Counted from the first letter of the stretch, positions 1 to 10,128 are shown. The stretch: 56,839 nt of DNA from a virus (IMGVR_UViG_3300034088_000014:1-56839); one strand, 5' to 3'. Made by a program: numbers and translations. The notes: generated by a model from the sequence alone, not told the origin.

Positions 1-127
1 TTGTCGGCAGTCGGGAAGGTGAGGACGTAGAACGAGTGTCCCTCCATCTGGAAGGTCAGGGCGAAGGCGTCCGAGATGGTGCTGTAGCCCTGAATCGCCC
101 GTTCCACGGCGTGCGTGGAGACGCGGC
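1..127. repeat. Terminal direct repeat, copy 1 (circular assembly overlap)
   Basis: 1-127 is identical to 56713-56839 and falls inside a gene; 127 is a common assembler k-mer size. Confidence 0.95.
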
Positions 128-917
128 GGGGCGAGTAGCCTTCGGAGCGGTAGACAATGCCGTGCCCCTCGGTATCGCGCCCGAGCCAGTACACGGTGTT
201 ATCCAGCGGGCGGAAGGTCGCGGCAGCAGCAACGCCGACCTCCATAAAGGCGGAATCGTTGCGCTCGAATGGGAAATCGGCGTTGCTGGTATTGGTCCAG
301 ACTTCGGCGCTGTGCAGACCCAGCATCCACAGCTCGCGCCGCACAGACCGGCAGGCAAGCAGGGTATCCGGCGAGCCTTCGGCGGTGGCGAAGTCCAGGG
401 CGTTCCACGCGGTGCCGTCCCGCGCCGTGCTGTTCATGTAGAACTGCGCCGTGCCGTCCCCGCAGACGATGAAATAGCCGTCTTGCGACGTGGCGGAAGT
501 CACCCCGTTCGGGAAATCAACATCGGTGATCTGCGTCAGGGTGGACAGGTTGGCAAGCCAGCCGGCAACCCCGTCCACGATGAGCACCTTCACGCCGTCA
601 TAGGCCATGCTCACGGCTCCGGTGCTGGTACCGATGGTGCCCAGCAGGGCAACGGTGTAGGAGCCGTCGTAGACGACCGAATAGACCTTGTTGCCGGACA
701 CGACCATGCCGTAGTCCTGAAAGGCAAGCATGCCACCGGGGCGGATCGGTCCGGTTCCCAACGTGTCGGCCAGCGTCATCCCGGGGCGTCCGTACAGCAC
801 CAGCGGGGCGCGCTCGGTGGTCTGGTCAACTTCAAGGAAGCAGTTCAGCGAGCGCTGGGAGTCCGCCACCGGGCTGCGCGCGGTGTAGCTTGGACCCACG
901 AACGGAATCTTGGCCAT
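1..917 (-). CDS. P22 gp10-like tail hub / DNA stabilization protein, 5' part (continues across the origin to 56214)
   Basis: ATG at 917 overlaps the upstream stop and reads MAKIPFVGPSYTARSPVADSQRSLNCFLE. Joined to 56214-56712 it gives a 471-aa ORF at the gp10 position. Confidence 0.8.
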   Translation of the reverse strand, partial: MAKIPFVGPSYTARSPVADSQRSLNCFLEVDQTTERAPLVLYGRPGMTLADTLGTGPIRPGGMLAFQDYGMVVSGNKVYSVVYDGSYTVALLGTIGTSTGAVSMAYDGVKVLIVDGVAGWLANLSTLTQITDVDFPNGVTSATSQDGYFIVCGDGTAQFYMNSTARDGTAWNALDFATAEGSPDTLLACRSVRRELWMLGLHSAEVWTNTSNADFPFERNDSAFMEVGVAAAATFRPLDNTVYWLGRDTEGHGIVYRSEGYSPRRVSTHAVERAIQGYSTISDAFALTFQMEGHSFYVLTFPTAD

Positions 918-1585
918 CAGAACGACTCGATTTCGATGGTCTTGTTGTCCACCCGCTCGGTGTTGAGCGCGAGGATGGTTCGCTCCGCTTCCTTGGCCTG
1001 CACCAGCAAGCGCTGGGCGAGCGATTCGGGAACGCCGTAGTCGTCAATCAGGTCGGCGGCCACCAGCGTGACGAGCGACCTGAGCATGGCAATCGCCACA
1101 TCCGGCGCGACGCCGGCCGCAGCATCGGCGGCAATGGCTTGGTAGGTGAGCTTGGCGGTACGCTGCACTGTCGGCACCGGCCAGAAGTAGGCCGAGCCGG
1201 ACGGAGCGAAGAACACCTTTTCCGGGTCGCCGGACTCGCTCTTGTCCGTGATGTCCTGGTACTGCTGGTGCGAGATGATTTCGACCGGGTTCTCTTCGGA
1301 GCCGATCACCACCTTGCAGGACACGGCGTACAGGAAGTCCGTCACCGACGACAGGCTGACGGCTGCGGTATTGGCGGAAATGGTCAGGCTGGTCGAGGCC
1401 CCGGCCACGTTGAACCAGAGCGTTCCCAGCGCGTGCAGCTCCTTCAGGCGAAGGTTGATCGCCTCTTCGACAATCGTCGCGTCCGCAGACGCCACACTCT
1501 CACCCGGATCGAGGTAGCGCAGGCGCCGCAGGATCAGGGCCTGCATCTGCGCCAGAGTGCGGGTGAAGGTGTAGGACGTTGCCAT
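917..1585 (-). CDS. Head-tail adaptor protein (P22 gp4-like position)
   Basis: 222 aa between capsid-associated genes and the gp10-like gene; call rests mainly on synteny. Confidence 0.65.
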   Translation of the reverse strand: MATSYTFTRTLAQMQALILRRLRYLDPGESVASADATIVEEAINLRLKELHALGTLWFNVAGASTSLTISANTAAVSLSSVTDFLYAVSCKVVIGSEENPVEIISHQQYQDITDKSESGDPEKVFFAPSGSAYFWPVPTVQRTAKLTYQAIAADAAAGVAPDVAIAMLRSLVTLVAADLIDDYGVPESLAQRLLVQAKEAERTILALNTERVDNKTIEIESF

Positions 1586-1588
1586 GGC

Positions 1589-1876
1589 TTAGGCTTCCTT
1601 GCGGGGGCGGCCGGGCTTGCGCTTGAGCGGGGTGTCCACTACCGGCAGGACCACGGCATCAGCAGGCGCAGCAGGAGGCGGGTCGAGCCGCATGGACTCA
1701 GCCAGCGCAGCCTTCAGGTCTTGCTCGGCGTCCGTGTGCTCGCGGAAATGAGAGTTGCCGGCGAGCTTTCCCGCAATGAACGGGTCAGCGACCTCCACCG
1801 GCACCCCGCGAGGAAAGCAAAGCCCGAAGGGCCTCACTTCCTCATGGTCCGCTTCGTAGGAGAAGCGGCGAGCCAT
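1589..1876 (-). CDS. Hypothetical head-region protein
   Basis: 95 aa, tightly packed in the operon, basic KRKPGRPRK tail. Confidence 0.6.
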   Translation of the reverse strand: MARRFSYEADHEEVRPFGLCFPRGVPVEVADPFIAGKLAGNSHFREHTDAEQDLKAALAESMRLDPPPAAPADAVVLPVVDTPLKRKPGRPRKEA

Positions 1877-2385
1877 TACGACATCACGTAGTAAAGGACC
1901 ACGGACAGCGTGCCGGTGCCGCCAGCGTTGGCATCAGCGTTCACCGTCACCGTCACGTTCGCCGTTGCCGGGAAGGTGATCGGACCCTCATCGAACAGCA
2001 GACCTTGCAGCGGGGCAAAGATGCCAGCCACCGGCTTGAGTTCGGTGATGGCATCGCCGCTCATCACGCCCAGGTTGCCGAAGCCGTCGGTATCGGTCGC
2101 GCCCAGCGTGGTGCCGGCGTGGCAGGTCGGGGCGGTGCCCGTGACCCAGCCCAGGTCGAAGTCCAGCGCTTCCGTGCCGGTGTCGATGTCAGCGCCCATC
2201 ACGTAGCCGCCGATGACGGTAGCTCCGGCCGGGAGGTGGCACATCGTCACCGTCAGGGCCGCAGCCAGCGTAACGTCAGTGTCGAAGGTGACAGACCCGT
2301 ATGCGGCATTGACAGAGCCGCCGCCGAAACCGGCGTAATACGGGAACGTGCTCGCCGCACGCGCAGTCGAGAAAGAGGTAGCCAT
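1876..2385 (-). CDS. Putative virion structural / capsid decoration protein
   Basis: 169 aa, rich in Gly/Ala/Thr, downstream of the capsid gene. Confidence 0.6.
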   Translation of the reverse strand: MATSFSTARAASTFPYYAGFGGGSVNAAYGSVTFDTDVTLAAALTVTMCHLPAGATVIGGYVMGADIDTGTEALDFDLGWVTGTAPTCHAGTTLGATDTDGFGNLGVMSGDAITELKPVAGIFAPLQGLLFDEGPITFPATANVTVTVNADANAGGTGTLSVVLYYVMS

Positions 2386-2394
2386 ATTGCTTCC

Positions 2395-3054
2395 TTAACC
2401 CTTGTTCAGGGTGATAGCTGTTGAATTGGTGAGAGAGGCCGGCGCACTGGAGCTCACAGCCGCGCCCACGGAAGCCAGCGCGGAGCCGGTGTCCGTATAG
2501 GCGACAGTGCTGTTTGCAGCGTCCAGTTGCGTCGTGCCGAAGGTGAATGCACCATCGGATTTCGTCGCGGTGACGTAGCCCATGCGAACGTGATCGGACG
2601 CGACCGCAGGCAGGCCGGCAACCGCCAGCACCGCCGAGTCGTAGCCCGTCGCGTTCGCGGTGGCTTCAACCGCGTCGATGGTCCCGTCAGCCCCGATGTC
2701 GAATGCCACAGCCCCGTACTTCGCTTGGGGAATGACGTCGTTTCCTGGAGCCGTGCCCGCAGTCACGGCGGCCTTCTGATACAGCACGCCGTTGATGAGG
2801 TAGAAGAACGCGCCGCTTGCGACGGCGGTCGGTGTCGAGCCGATAGCAAGGACCGCTTTCCCGAGGACCGAATCGCCCGCCAGCGCGTTTCGCACGCTAT
2901 TGAGCAAGGTCTTCAGGTCGTCAGTCGCTGTCTTGAACGTGGCGTGATCGGCCTGCAACTCGTTCAATACATCACGAACGTTTTGCAGGACGCGAACAAT
3001 GTCCTCGCCCCAGAAGCCACCGGGCTCGACATCCCCCTTAAGGGTTACGGCCAT
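2395..3054 (-). CDS. Putative capsid decoration / head fibre protein
   Basis: 219 aa with an N-terminal coiled coil and Ala/Thr-rich body, directly after the major capsid gene. Confidence 0.55.
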   Translation of the reverse strand: MAVTLKGDVEPGGFWGEDIVRVLQNVRDVLNELQADHATFKTATDDLKTLLNSVRNALAGDSVLGKAVLAIGSTPTAVASGAFFYLINGVLYQKAAVTAGTAPGNDVIPQAKYGAVAFDIGADGTIDAVEATANATGYDSAVLAVAGLPAVASDHVRMGYVTATKSDGAFTFGTTQLDAANSTVAYTDTGSALASVGAAVSSSAPASLTNSTAITLNKG

Positions 3055-3060
3055 GACCTA

Positions 3061-4143
3061 TCACGCGTCCGCGACGCCAGAATAGAAGCCAGTCACAACG
3101 CCGTGGTCCTTGGTGTCGTCCGTGTCGCCGGCACCGGAGCCGAAGCGCAGCTTGTGGATGCCACGGATTTCCGAGATACCGACGCCGTGCAGGAAGTCGT
3201 AGTCGCGCACGTTGGTGGTAGTGCGGGTGCGCTGCGCCCAGGCGATGCCCATGGCTTGCGCGCCGCACAGGTACACCGGGTCAACGTCGATGGACGACGC
3301 GCCGACGGCGGACAGCGCAGCGATTTCCGGGATTTCGCGGATGATGACGCCATCCCAGATCAGTGAGCCGCCAGTGAACAGCGGGTTGTCCTTGCCGCGC
3401 TGGAGCGCGTCGCGGTTGGCCTGCTGCATCGTGGAGTTGGCTGCCAGGTCGCGGAAGGCGCGCGAGGCCGCGAACATGATGAACCACTCTTCGTCTTCGT
3501 TCAGACGGATCGGGCGGATCATCGGCGATGCCGTTTGCGCGATGCGCTTCATCAGCGACACGGCCGACGGGGTCAGCTTGTCGTTGGTGCTGTCGATGTT
3601 CGCCAGCGACGCGGAATGGTCGTTGCTGGAGTTGTTCGACTTGGCGGCGCCGAACAGCACGCGGTCGGCGTTGTCCACCAGCCAGGCGTCTTTCTGCGCT
3701 TCGGAGGCCGATGCGTAGGCGACACCGTTGATGGAGCCGAGCCCGCTGATGATGCCGTCACGCATCTTGCTCATGGACCACAGCTTGAGCTGCATCCGGC
3801 CGGCGTTACGCAGGTCGATGGCGCTCTTCTGCTCGTCCCAGTCGCTCACGGCAACGGCGTGACGCAGCGGGGCGACGGTGGCGGCGAAGGAACGGCTGTC
3901 AAGCGCCTCTTCGTTGCCTTCCAGCGTCTCGTTGCCGGTGACGCCCGCGCCGGACAGCGCGTTGACCAGCGCGAAGGTAACGGTTTCGCCCTTCTTCTTG
4001 GTCAGGTCTTCCTTCAGGTGGATGATGGAGTTTTCATCCGTGCCGAAATAGCGCTTGAAGCGGTTTTCGCGGATGTACTCGGCAAAGAACTTGTCGTCCC
4101 ATTGCTGAGGGGTCAAGCCCGTGCGGGCAGTCGTGTTGGCCAT
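3061..4143 (-). CDS. Major capsid protein (N4-gp56/DUF4043-like)
   Basis: 360 aa with EDLTKKKGETVTFAL and GNETLEGNEEAL signatures; follows the scaffold gene. Confidence 0.85.
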   Translation of the reverse strand: MANTTARTGLTPQQWDDKFFAEYIRENRFKRYFGTDENSIIHLKEDLTKKKGETVTFALVNALSGAGVTGNETLEGNEEALDSRSFAATVAPLRHAVAVSDWDEQKSAIDLRNAGRMQLKLWSMSKMRDGIISGLGSINGVAYASASEAQKDAWLVDNADRVLFGAAKSNNSSNDHSASLANIDSTNDKLTPSAVSLMKRIAQTASPMIRPIRLNEDEEWFIMFAASRAFRDLAANSTMQQANRDALQRGKDNPLFTGGSLIWDGVIIREIPEIAALSAVGASSIDVDPVYLCGAQAMGIAWAQRTRTTTNVRDYDFLHGVGISEIRGIHKLRFGSGAGDTDDTKDHGVVTGFYSGVADA

Positions 4144-4152
4144 GACGATTCC

Positions 4153-4992
4153 TTATCGTTTGGTTGCCAAAATGGCATCGAGTGGGGTTGGTCCGCTGTA
4201 GGCCGCGTCCTGGAACTGGCCTTTTGCGTTCCGCGCTTGAGTGAGCGTTTCGGGCAGTTCGCGCCGCGTCTCTTGCGGGGCGGTCAACTTGGCTTCGATG
4301 AAGGCGAGTTCGCGCGCCAGCATCAGCGGCGGCATCCGGGCGACGCGCTGCGCCTCCTGCGGGTTCTTCCCGAGGAAATACGCAACCTCGTGGCCGCGCT
4401 CGCTCAGGAACAGCGTCTGCTGCAGGACCGGCGTCAGGACAGGCCCAAGCCCGGCGTTGATGACGGCGTCGAAGTCGGAGAACTGCTCCTGACCGCGTTT
4501 GACCGTCTCTTCTGCCGTGCGCTGCAGGAACGTCAGCCGCTCGCGCGCCTGGTGCTCCTGCGTAGCCTTTTCCGTCTGCCGATCCCGCCATGCATCGCGG
4601 GCGTCAAGCCATTCGTCCTCGGTCTGAAACTGCGACCGGAGGGGCTTGGCGTCCTCGCCTTGTTCCTGCTTCTGCTGCGGGCGCTGCAAGGCGTGCAGTT
4701 GCTGCTCAAGCACTTGCGCGCGCTGTGCGGCTTCCTGTGCGCGGCGCTCTGCGTCCTGGCGTTTCTGCCGCTCCGCAACCGCTGCCGCTTTCAGGCCCTG
4801 GCTTGCCTTGTCGAGTGGATCGTCCTTGTGCTGTTCTGCCGGCGTCGCAGACTCTTGTTCGCCCGTGGTTTCGGTTGCCGCTTCCTGCTTCGTCTCCGTG
4901 GCATTCGTCGTTTCCGTCGTCTGCTCGGTGGTTTCCGTGGTCGTGGTTTCCGTGGCCTGTTCGCTCAAGACCGATTCCAAGCTGCTGTCCAT
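4153..4992 (-). CDS. Scaffolding protein
   Basis: Acidic T/E-rich N-terminus and coiled coil, between portal and capsid genes. Confidence 0.8.
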   Translation of the reverse strand: MDSSLESVLSEQATETTTTETTEQTTETTNATETKQEAATETTGEQESATPAEQHKDDPLDKASQGLKAAAVAERQKRQDAERRAQEAAQRAQVLEQQLHALQRPQQKQEQGEDAKPLRSQFQTEDEWLDARDAWRDRQTEKATQEHQARERLTFLQRTAEETVKRGQEQFSDFDAVINAGLGPVLTPVLQQTLFLSERGHEVAYFLGKNPQEAQRVARMPPLMLARELAFIEAKLTAPQETRRELPETLTQARNAKGQFQDAAYSGPTPLDAILATKR

Positions 4993-5067
4993 CTACGCTC
5001 CTAAAACGCCCGAATCGGCCCGGCGACAGCCAACGCCCGTTGAAACCCCGGCGACGGGCTCCCAAAG

Positions 5068-5091
5068 CAAAAAGCCCGCACTAGGCGGGCT
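5068..5091 (-). terminator. Intrinsic terminator after portal
   Basis: AGCCCGCC-TAG-TGCGGGCT followed by TTTT on the minus strand. Confidence 0.55.
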
Positions 5092-5115
5092 CTCGGCTCA
5101 GAGAAGGTGAAAGGG

Positions 5116-7188
5116 TTAAGGGGTCTGCATCACGACCACGGCGGTCGGTTGCGTGTGTTCTTCGTGCAGGACGGCAGCGACTTGGGCCATCTCCTGCCCG
5201 GCCTGCTGCATCTCGCCGGCAGCGTCCAGCGCATCGGCTTCAGCCTGTTGCGCCTTCAGCCCCTGCATCTGCGCGCCCATGCCGGCGAGCTTCAGCTCCA
5301 GTAGCGCATACCGCTGGTTCGCCTCGAACAGCTCTTGTTCGTGCTTCAGCGCCATTTCGCGCCGGGCAAGGTCAATGGCAGGCTCCGAAGCCTTGGCGGC
5401 CTGCGCCTGTGTCTGTGCGGCAGCGAGCTTGCCCTGAAGGTCGCCAATGATCTGCTGCGCCTGTTCGATGGCCTGCTGCATCTGCTCCATCTGCTGCTGC
5501 GCCTGCGCCGGCAACTTGCCCTCTTCCTCGCCGCGCAGCTTCTTGAGAATCTTGTCCTTGTTTCGCAGCGGCGAAGCCTCAATGAGCGCCTCGAACATCG
5601 GCGGCGGCATGGTTGCGGCCTGCGGGGCGATCTGCACCAGTTGCTCAAACGCTTCCGTTTGCAGGGTCGCGCTCGCCGGTACGTCGTCAATGACGATATC
5701 CACGTCAAGTTCCGCAATCTTGTTCTTCACGCCGACGATGGTCTGCATGCGCGGGTCCATCTTGGCCTGCTGCTCCATCTCCGGCGTGATCGGCGTTCCC
5801 TGCTGGCGGGCCTCTTCAAGCAGCTGCTCGCCCAGCGTGAGCGGCTGATTCAGGCCGACAAACCGGACGTTGCGGTCGTCATCCGTGACGCGAATCCACT
5901 TCTCGGCGGTCCAGAACTGGCGGATGCGGTTCCAGACCTTGCGGTACACGTCGTACTGGAATTGCGTAAAGGCATCGAACACCGGGCCGAGTTCGGATAG
6001 GCCCTGCTCGGACCGCGCCATCAGAGCCCGGCCGGACATGACGCGGCCCTCGTTGCCGGACAGGGCGGCGTTGACCCCTACAGCGTCGATTTCCGACTTG
6101 GCCTCCACAAGCAATTCGCGCTGGCCTTGCGACAGGTCGCCGGTCGGCAGGATGCCGAAGTCCTCGCCCATCTTCGCGCCACCGGCCAGCTCGACGTGGC
6201 CGTCCGGCTTGGCCAATTCCTGGCGCAGCTTGTTCTTGTCGCCCACGGTCTGGTTGCCGAAGGTCTGGCGCACGCTGAGCAAGTGCAGCATTTTGGAGCG
6301 GCGCTTGTTGATCTCGTCCTGGATGCTGATCCACTGGCGCACGACCCCGTAGCGGTTGCCATCGCGGTCAATGTTGCAGGAGCCGAAGACAAAGCCGTCG
6401 TCCTGATTCCCGTCCTCGTCCACGAACGGAGACTCAATGCGCGAGAGGATGCCGGCCTTGGTGAACTTGCTGTGAAACACCTTGCCGCCCTCGCGGCTCC
6501 AGCACTCGGCAATCCGCACGCGCTTGCGCTTCGGATCGGCCCAGCGGGTGCGAGGAACATCGTTGAAGGTGTCCGCGATCAGCGACTCGGAACCGATGGT
6601 GCTTTCTAGGACATCAACCTTGTCGGGCCACTTCTCAGCGGCTTCCTCGAAGTCCATCCAAATGAACTGACCCTTGTACTTCGCGTCGGACCAGTCGCGG
6701 GCGCGCGAGTGCGGGTCGCCCCACATCCGATCCCACGCGATCTGTTTTGCCTCGACGCAGTAGTCACCGTCAGGCTTCTGGTAGACCTGAACGTCTACCC
6801 CGCAGGCGCCCTCTACCAGATGGTTGTCAAAGCAGCCGGAGCGCTCGCGGTCCCACTTGCTCTGATCCATCACAAATCGCAGTGCGTCGGTCGCAGCAGC
6901 GGCGCCCTGTTCCTCTGCCGGGGTGCGCGGGAAGGCTCGCGGCATCATGCGGCGCTGTTGCTCCTGCCCCTTGAGGAAGTCCACCTTGGGCTTGATGCGG
7001 TTGATGGTGACAACTGGCTGTTTGCGCTTCTGGAGCTTGGCAACCTCTTCGTCGGTCCACTGCTTGCCGTCGGTGTAGTCGCGGTCGCGCTCGGCGTCGG
7101 AGCGGGCGTCAACGGTCGATTGGTCGGCGGCTTCGTGCCACTGCACCAGCCGTGCGAGCACGTCGTCCGAGGTGGTTTCAGTGGTCAT
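5116..7188 (-). CDS. Portal protein (P22-like)
   Basis: 690 aa with DYTDGKQW, TINRIKPKVD and QDEINKRRSK motifs, plus a Gln-rich C-terminal coiled coil. Confidence 0.9.
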   Translation of the reverse strand: MTTETTSDDVLARLVQWHEAADQSTVDARSDAERDRDYTDGKQWTDEEVAKLQKRKQPVVTINRIKPKVDFLKGQEQQRRMMPRAFPRTPAEEQGAAAATDALRFVMDQSKWDRERSGCFDNHLVEGACGVDVQVYQKPDGDYCVEAKQIAWDRMWGDPHSRARDWSDAKYKGQFIWMDFEEAAEKWPDKVDVLESTIGSESLIADTFNDVPRTRWADPKRKRVRIAECWSREGGKVFHSKFTKAGILSRIESPFVDEDGNQDDGFVFGSCNIDRDGNRYGVVRQWISIQDEINKRRSKMLHLLSVRQTFGNQTVGDKNKLRQELAKPDGHVELAGGAKMGEDFGILPTGDLSQGQRELLVEAKSEIDAVGVNAALSGNEGRVMSGRALMARSEQGLSELGPVFDAFTQFQYDVYRKVWNRIRQFWTAEKWIRVTDDDRNVRFVGLNQPLTLGEQLLEEARQQGTPITPEMEQQAKMDPRMQTIVGVKNKIAELDVDIVIDDVPASATLQTEAFEQLVQIAPQAATMPPPMFEALIEASPLRNKDKILKKLRGEEEGKLPAQAQQQMEQMQQAIEQAQQIIGDLQGKLAAAQTQAQAAKASEPAIDLARREMALKHEQELFEANQRYALLELKLAGMGAQMQGLKAQQAEADALDAAGEMQQAGQEMAQVAAVLHEEHTQPTAVVVMQTP

Positions 7189-8633
7189 ATGGTCTTCCAG
7201 TCGGTGTCTTCGTCGTCTTCGTCGTCGCCGAAGCTCTTTGCCCAGATGTCGCGCTTCTTCTCTTTGGGCGGGGTCGCCGCGATGGCGGGGTGAGCCATGT
7301 CGAGGGCTCGGCCGATCAGCGAAGCGCAGTCAACATCGTCGTCATGCTTGCCAGCAGGGAACGTCAGAAACTCGTCTAGCTCCGCGCCCTGTTCAAACCA
7401 GACGCAGCCCATGGCCGCCCTAGCCTGAAAGCCCCGTGCCCGCGTCGGCTTGTCGTGGATGCTGGGTAGCCATTCCATGCGGCAGAACGCCTCGCGCTCC
7501 CTCATCCGGCGCGTGAGCATCGGCTCAATAGCCTTTTGGATCACGCCGGCCTCACCGAACCACGCAAACGGCTTGTGTTGCTGGATCAGGTCGATCTGCC
7601 GCTCAACCCACACATCCGAGCTGGTGCGGTCGCGCCAGCCGCCCAGCCGGTACAACCCGCCGTCAGGCGCCACGCCCCATATCCGGTGAACCGTGTAGTC
7701 GCCGTCGCCGTCCGTCACCGCGTAGTCGCTTGTCCCGTAGATGGCAAGTTGCTTGGGCCGGTCTGTCCAGTGTTTGAACCAGCCCCGTTGAAAGAACGTG
7801 CCTTCCTCTGGGCTAGGCCGCTGCTGGTACAGCGCCGACCAGTCGCGCGGACCAATGTCAGCCTTGATGCGTTTAAGCGCCTCCAGGTCGTACCACTGCG
7901 GCCATAGCGCCGACTCCTGCGAAGTTCCCTCGTCGCTAATCGCCTGAAGCTCAATGACCCGCCATTCGCTCGGCTGCTGCGCCAGAAGCCGGCCGGCGAG
8001 GTCATCTTCGTGCCAGCGGGTAAGAATCAAGACTATGGCGCCGCCCGGCATCAGGCGGGTGCGAAGGGTGGACGTGTACCACTTCCAGACCGTTTCCCGC
8101 CTGACCTCGCTGTCAGCCTCTTCCCGGTTTTTGAACGGGTCGTCAATCAAGGCCACATGGGCGCCGCGGCCGGTGATCGGCCCGCCGACCCCGACATAGA
8201 CCGATACCCCGCCCTGGTTCGTGTGCCAGCGGTTCGCCGCCTTGCTGTCCTGTGCCAGCGTCACTTCAGGGTAAAGCGCCCGGAATTCCTCCGAGTGGAC
8301 GATGCCGCGCACCTCGCGCCCGAAGTCCAAGGCGAAATCCCCGCTGTAGGTCGCCGCGATCAACTGCCGGTCAGGGTGCCGGCCGAGATACCACGCCGGA
8401 AACCTGCGGGACGCCAGTTCGCTCTTCGTATGCCTCGGCGGCGCAAAGATCATCAGCCGGTCGCATTCGCCCCGCTCTACCTGCTCCAGCGCGTCGGCAA
8501 TCGCCTTGTGGTGCTCACCTACCTCGAAGTCCGGCTTCGTGTAGGTCGTGAAGTCAATGAGTGATCGGCGGGCGGCTCGGCGCCTTAGCAGCTCCTGCGC
8601 GGCCTGCTGTGGCGATAGCGGCGAGTTCGTCAT
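7185..8633 (-). CDS. terL: Terminase large subunit
   Basis: Walker A-like PPRHTKS, Walker B LIDDP, LTRWHEDDLAG coupling motif and C-terminal nuclease HDDDVD. Confidence 0.95.
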   Translation of the reverse strand: MTNSPLSPQQAAQELLRRRAARRSLIDFTTYTKPDFEVGEHHKAIADALEQVERGECDRLMIFAPPRHTKSELASRRFPAWYLGRHPDRQLIAATYSGDFALDFGREVRGIVHSEEFRALYPEVTLAQDSKAANRWHTNQGGVSVYVGVGGPITGRGAHVALIDDPFKNREEADSEVRRETVWKWYTSTLRTRLMPGGAIVLILTRWHEDDLAGRLLAQQPSEWRVIELQAISDEGTSQESALWPQWYDLEALKRIKADIGPRDWSALYQQRPSPEEGTFFQRGWFKHWTDRPKQLAIYGTSDYAVTDGDGDYTVHRIWGVAPDGGLYRLGGWRDRTSSDVWVERQIDLIQQHKPFAWFGEAGVIQKAIEPMLTRRMREREAFCRMEWLPSIHDKPTRARGFQARAAMGCVWFEQGAELDEFLTFPAGKHDDDVDCASLIGRALDMAHPAIAATPPKEKKRDIWAKSFGDDEDDEDTDWKTI

Positions 8634-9093
8634 CCGTGTATTCGGTTGCGTTGCGCAGTTCGACGGTCCCGGAATGGTTCACGTCGGTCTTGTCTCGCCA
8701 CAGGTCTGGGCGACGGTTCTTAAGCCAGAAGATCGCCGCCGTGGTGTCGGGCGGGTAATACTTCCTGAGCGGCGTCTTGACGATCGCGCCGCCGACAACC
8801 CGGATGTCCACCTCGTCGTGCTCGTAGCCGTTCGCGCGGGCAAAGAGGCTGCGCTCAACCCGCTCGTCCGCTACCGCCTTCCCCGCTTTGAGGGCTGCGG
8901 CAAACTCAACATGCTCGATCTTCCAAGCGTTGATAGTGCGCACTGACACGCCAAGTAGGTCTGCCAATTCCATATCGGTGAACCCGGCCAGACACGCCTT
9001 CTGCGCCATCTCGGCGAACTTGGGCTGGTACAGCGAAGGTGCGCCGCCGCCCTTGTTCCCCTTGGCGTTCTGGTTGCCTTTAGGCGCTGGCAT
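8554..9093 (-). CDS. terS: Terminase small subunit
   Basis: GNQNAKGN start, HTH (FTDMELADLLGVSVRTINAW) and PPDTTAAIFWLKNR; upstream of terL. Confidence 0.85.
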   Translation of the reverse strand: MPAPKGNQNAKGNKGGGAPSLYQPKFAEMAQKACLAGFTDMELADLLGVSVRTINAWKIEHVEFAAALKAGKAVADERVERSLFARANGYEHDEVDIRVVGGAIVKTPLRKYYPPDTTAAIFWLKNRRPDLWRDKTDVNHSGTVELRNATEYTDDELAAIATAGRAGAAKAPSRPPITH

Positions 9094-9271
9094 GGCCCCC
9101 TACCGCTTCGAGCACCGGATACCCGCCGAATCTGTCCTTTGCGTCCTGCATGGAGCTGGCGCGGCCGACTTCGATCCAGCGCACTTGCTGGATATGGACG
9201 GTCTTTCCTTCGGCGCTGTGCTGGGTTTCTCCAGTCCGCTCGTAGAAGGGGCGTAGGACGCGGTATTGCAT
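9080..9271 (-). CDS. Hypothetical protein
   Basis: 63-aa ORF overlapping the terS start. Confidence 0.5.
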   Translation of the reverse strand: MQYRVLRPFYERTGETQHSAEGKTVHIQQVRWIEVGRASSMQDAKDRFGGYPVLEAVGGHASA

Positions 9272-9420
9272 GTCGGTGCTTTGGGTGAAGTGGGCGGGGC
9301 AACAGCGCCCGTTATCCGTTAAGTTGGCGCCCCGACTTTTGCTCTGCGAGCGGCGGGTGCCAGGATGTCGGGGTGTTGGGCGTGTGCCCGCGCTTTTCGG
9401 TTGGCCTTGCTGGCCGTGTT

Positions 9421-10128
9421 TTACGTGGCGTCAGCGACTACAGCAGCCGCTGGCGCGATTGATTCGGCGTCCAAAATCGTGAGGGCGCGTCCGAAAACGG
9501 CCCCGGTGTCGATGTAGACCACGTTTCCAATCCATGTGATCTGCTGCATTGGGGTATGGCCGACGATCACGGCCTGCACGCCGTCCACGGACGGCTTTTC
9601 CGCCCCTTGAGCGCGCGAGCGGTCCCATAGGCACGTCTGCACCAGTGGGCTGCGGTCAGGGTCCGTAACGGCCAGCAGACGCGCCTTAAACGCCTCCCAC
9701 GACCGATCCGGGCAGTCCGCATGGACGATGCCGATCAGCCCTCCGGCGGTTTCCAGCTCAATCGCCACAGGCATCGCCCGGAACGCATCTGCGATTTCCA
9801 GCGAGCGGGCCGGTGGTTGGCTCAGGTTCCAGCCCCCGCCGTTCATCACGTACATGGACGCGCCGCCTTGCAGCCCGCCGTCCGCGAAGTCAATCGCCAT
9901 CTGCTCATGGTTGCCACGCACCGCATGAAACCACGGCTTCTTGAGCCATTCGGTCGCGGCATCCGACTCCGGGCCACGGTCAACCAAGTCGCCGACGCTG
10001 AAAAGCCGGTCGCGCTCAGGGTCGAAGCTCAATTCATCAAGCGCCACTTGTAGGCGGCCGAAGCAACCGTGGATGTCACCCACGATCAAATCCCGCCCGG
10101 CCTCGTTCCTGCCGAAGTGTTTGAGCAT
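9421..10128 (-). CDS. ninI: Ser/Thr protein phosphatase (lambda NinI/PphA family)
   Basis: GDIHG, GDLVDRG, RGNHE, HA, GHTP and IDTG motifs. Confidence 0.9.
   Translation of the reverse strand: MLKHFGRNEAGRDLIVGDIHGCFGRLQVALDELSFDPERDRLFSVGDLVDRGPESDAATEWLKKPWFHAVRGNHEQMAIDFADGGLQGGASMYVMNGGGWNLSQPPARSLEIADAFRAMPVAIELETAGGLIGIVHADCPDRSWEAFKARLLAVTDPDRSPLVQTCLWDRSRAQGAEKPSVDGVQAVIVGHTPMQQITWIGNVVYIDTGAVFGRALTILDAESIAPAAAVVADAT

Noticed and set aside
1-127. 127-bp end repeat as a biological terminal repeat
   Set aside because: It cuts through the gp10-like gene and equals a common assembly k-mer length, so it most likely reflects circular assembly.
36-5004. Long plus-strand ORFs (36-1040, 890-1891, 2527-3366, 3535-5004)
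   Set aside because: They are antisense shadows of GC-rich structural genes and carry no recognisable motifs.
9335-9378. Hairpin ending GGCGCCA upstream of the terminase genes as another tRNA-like RNA
   Set aside because: Only one stem is present, with no T- or D-like arms; too weak to call.
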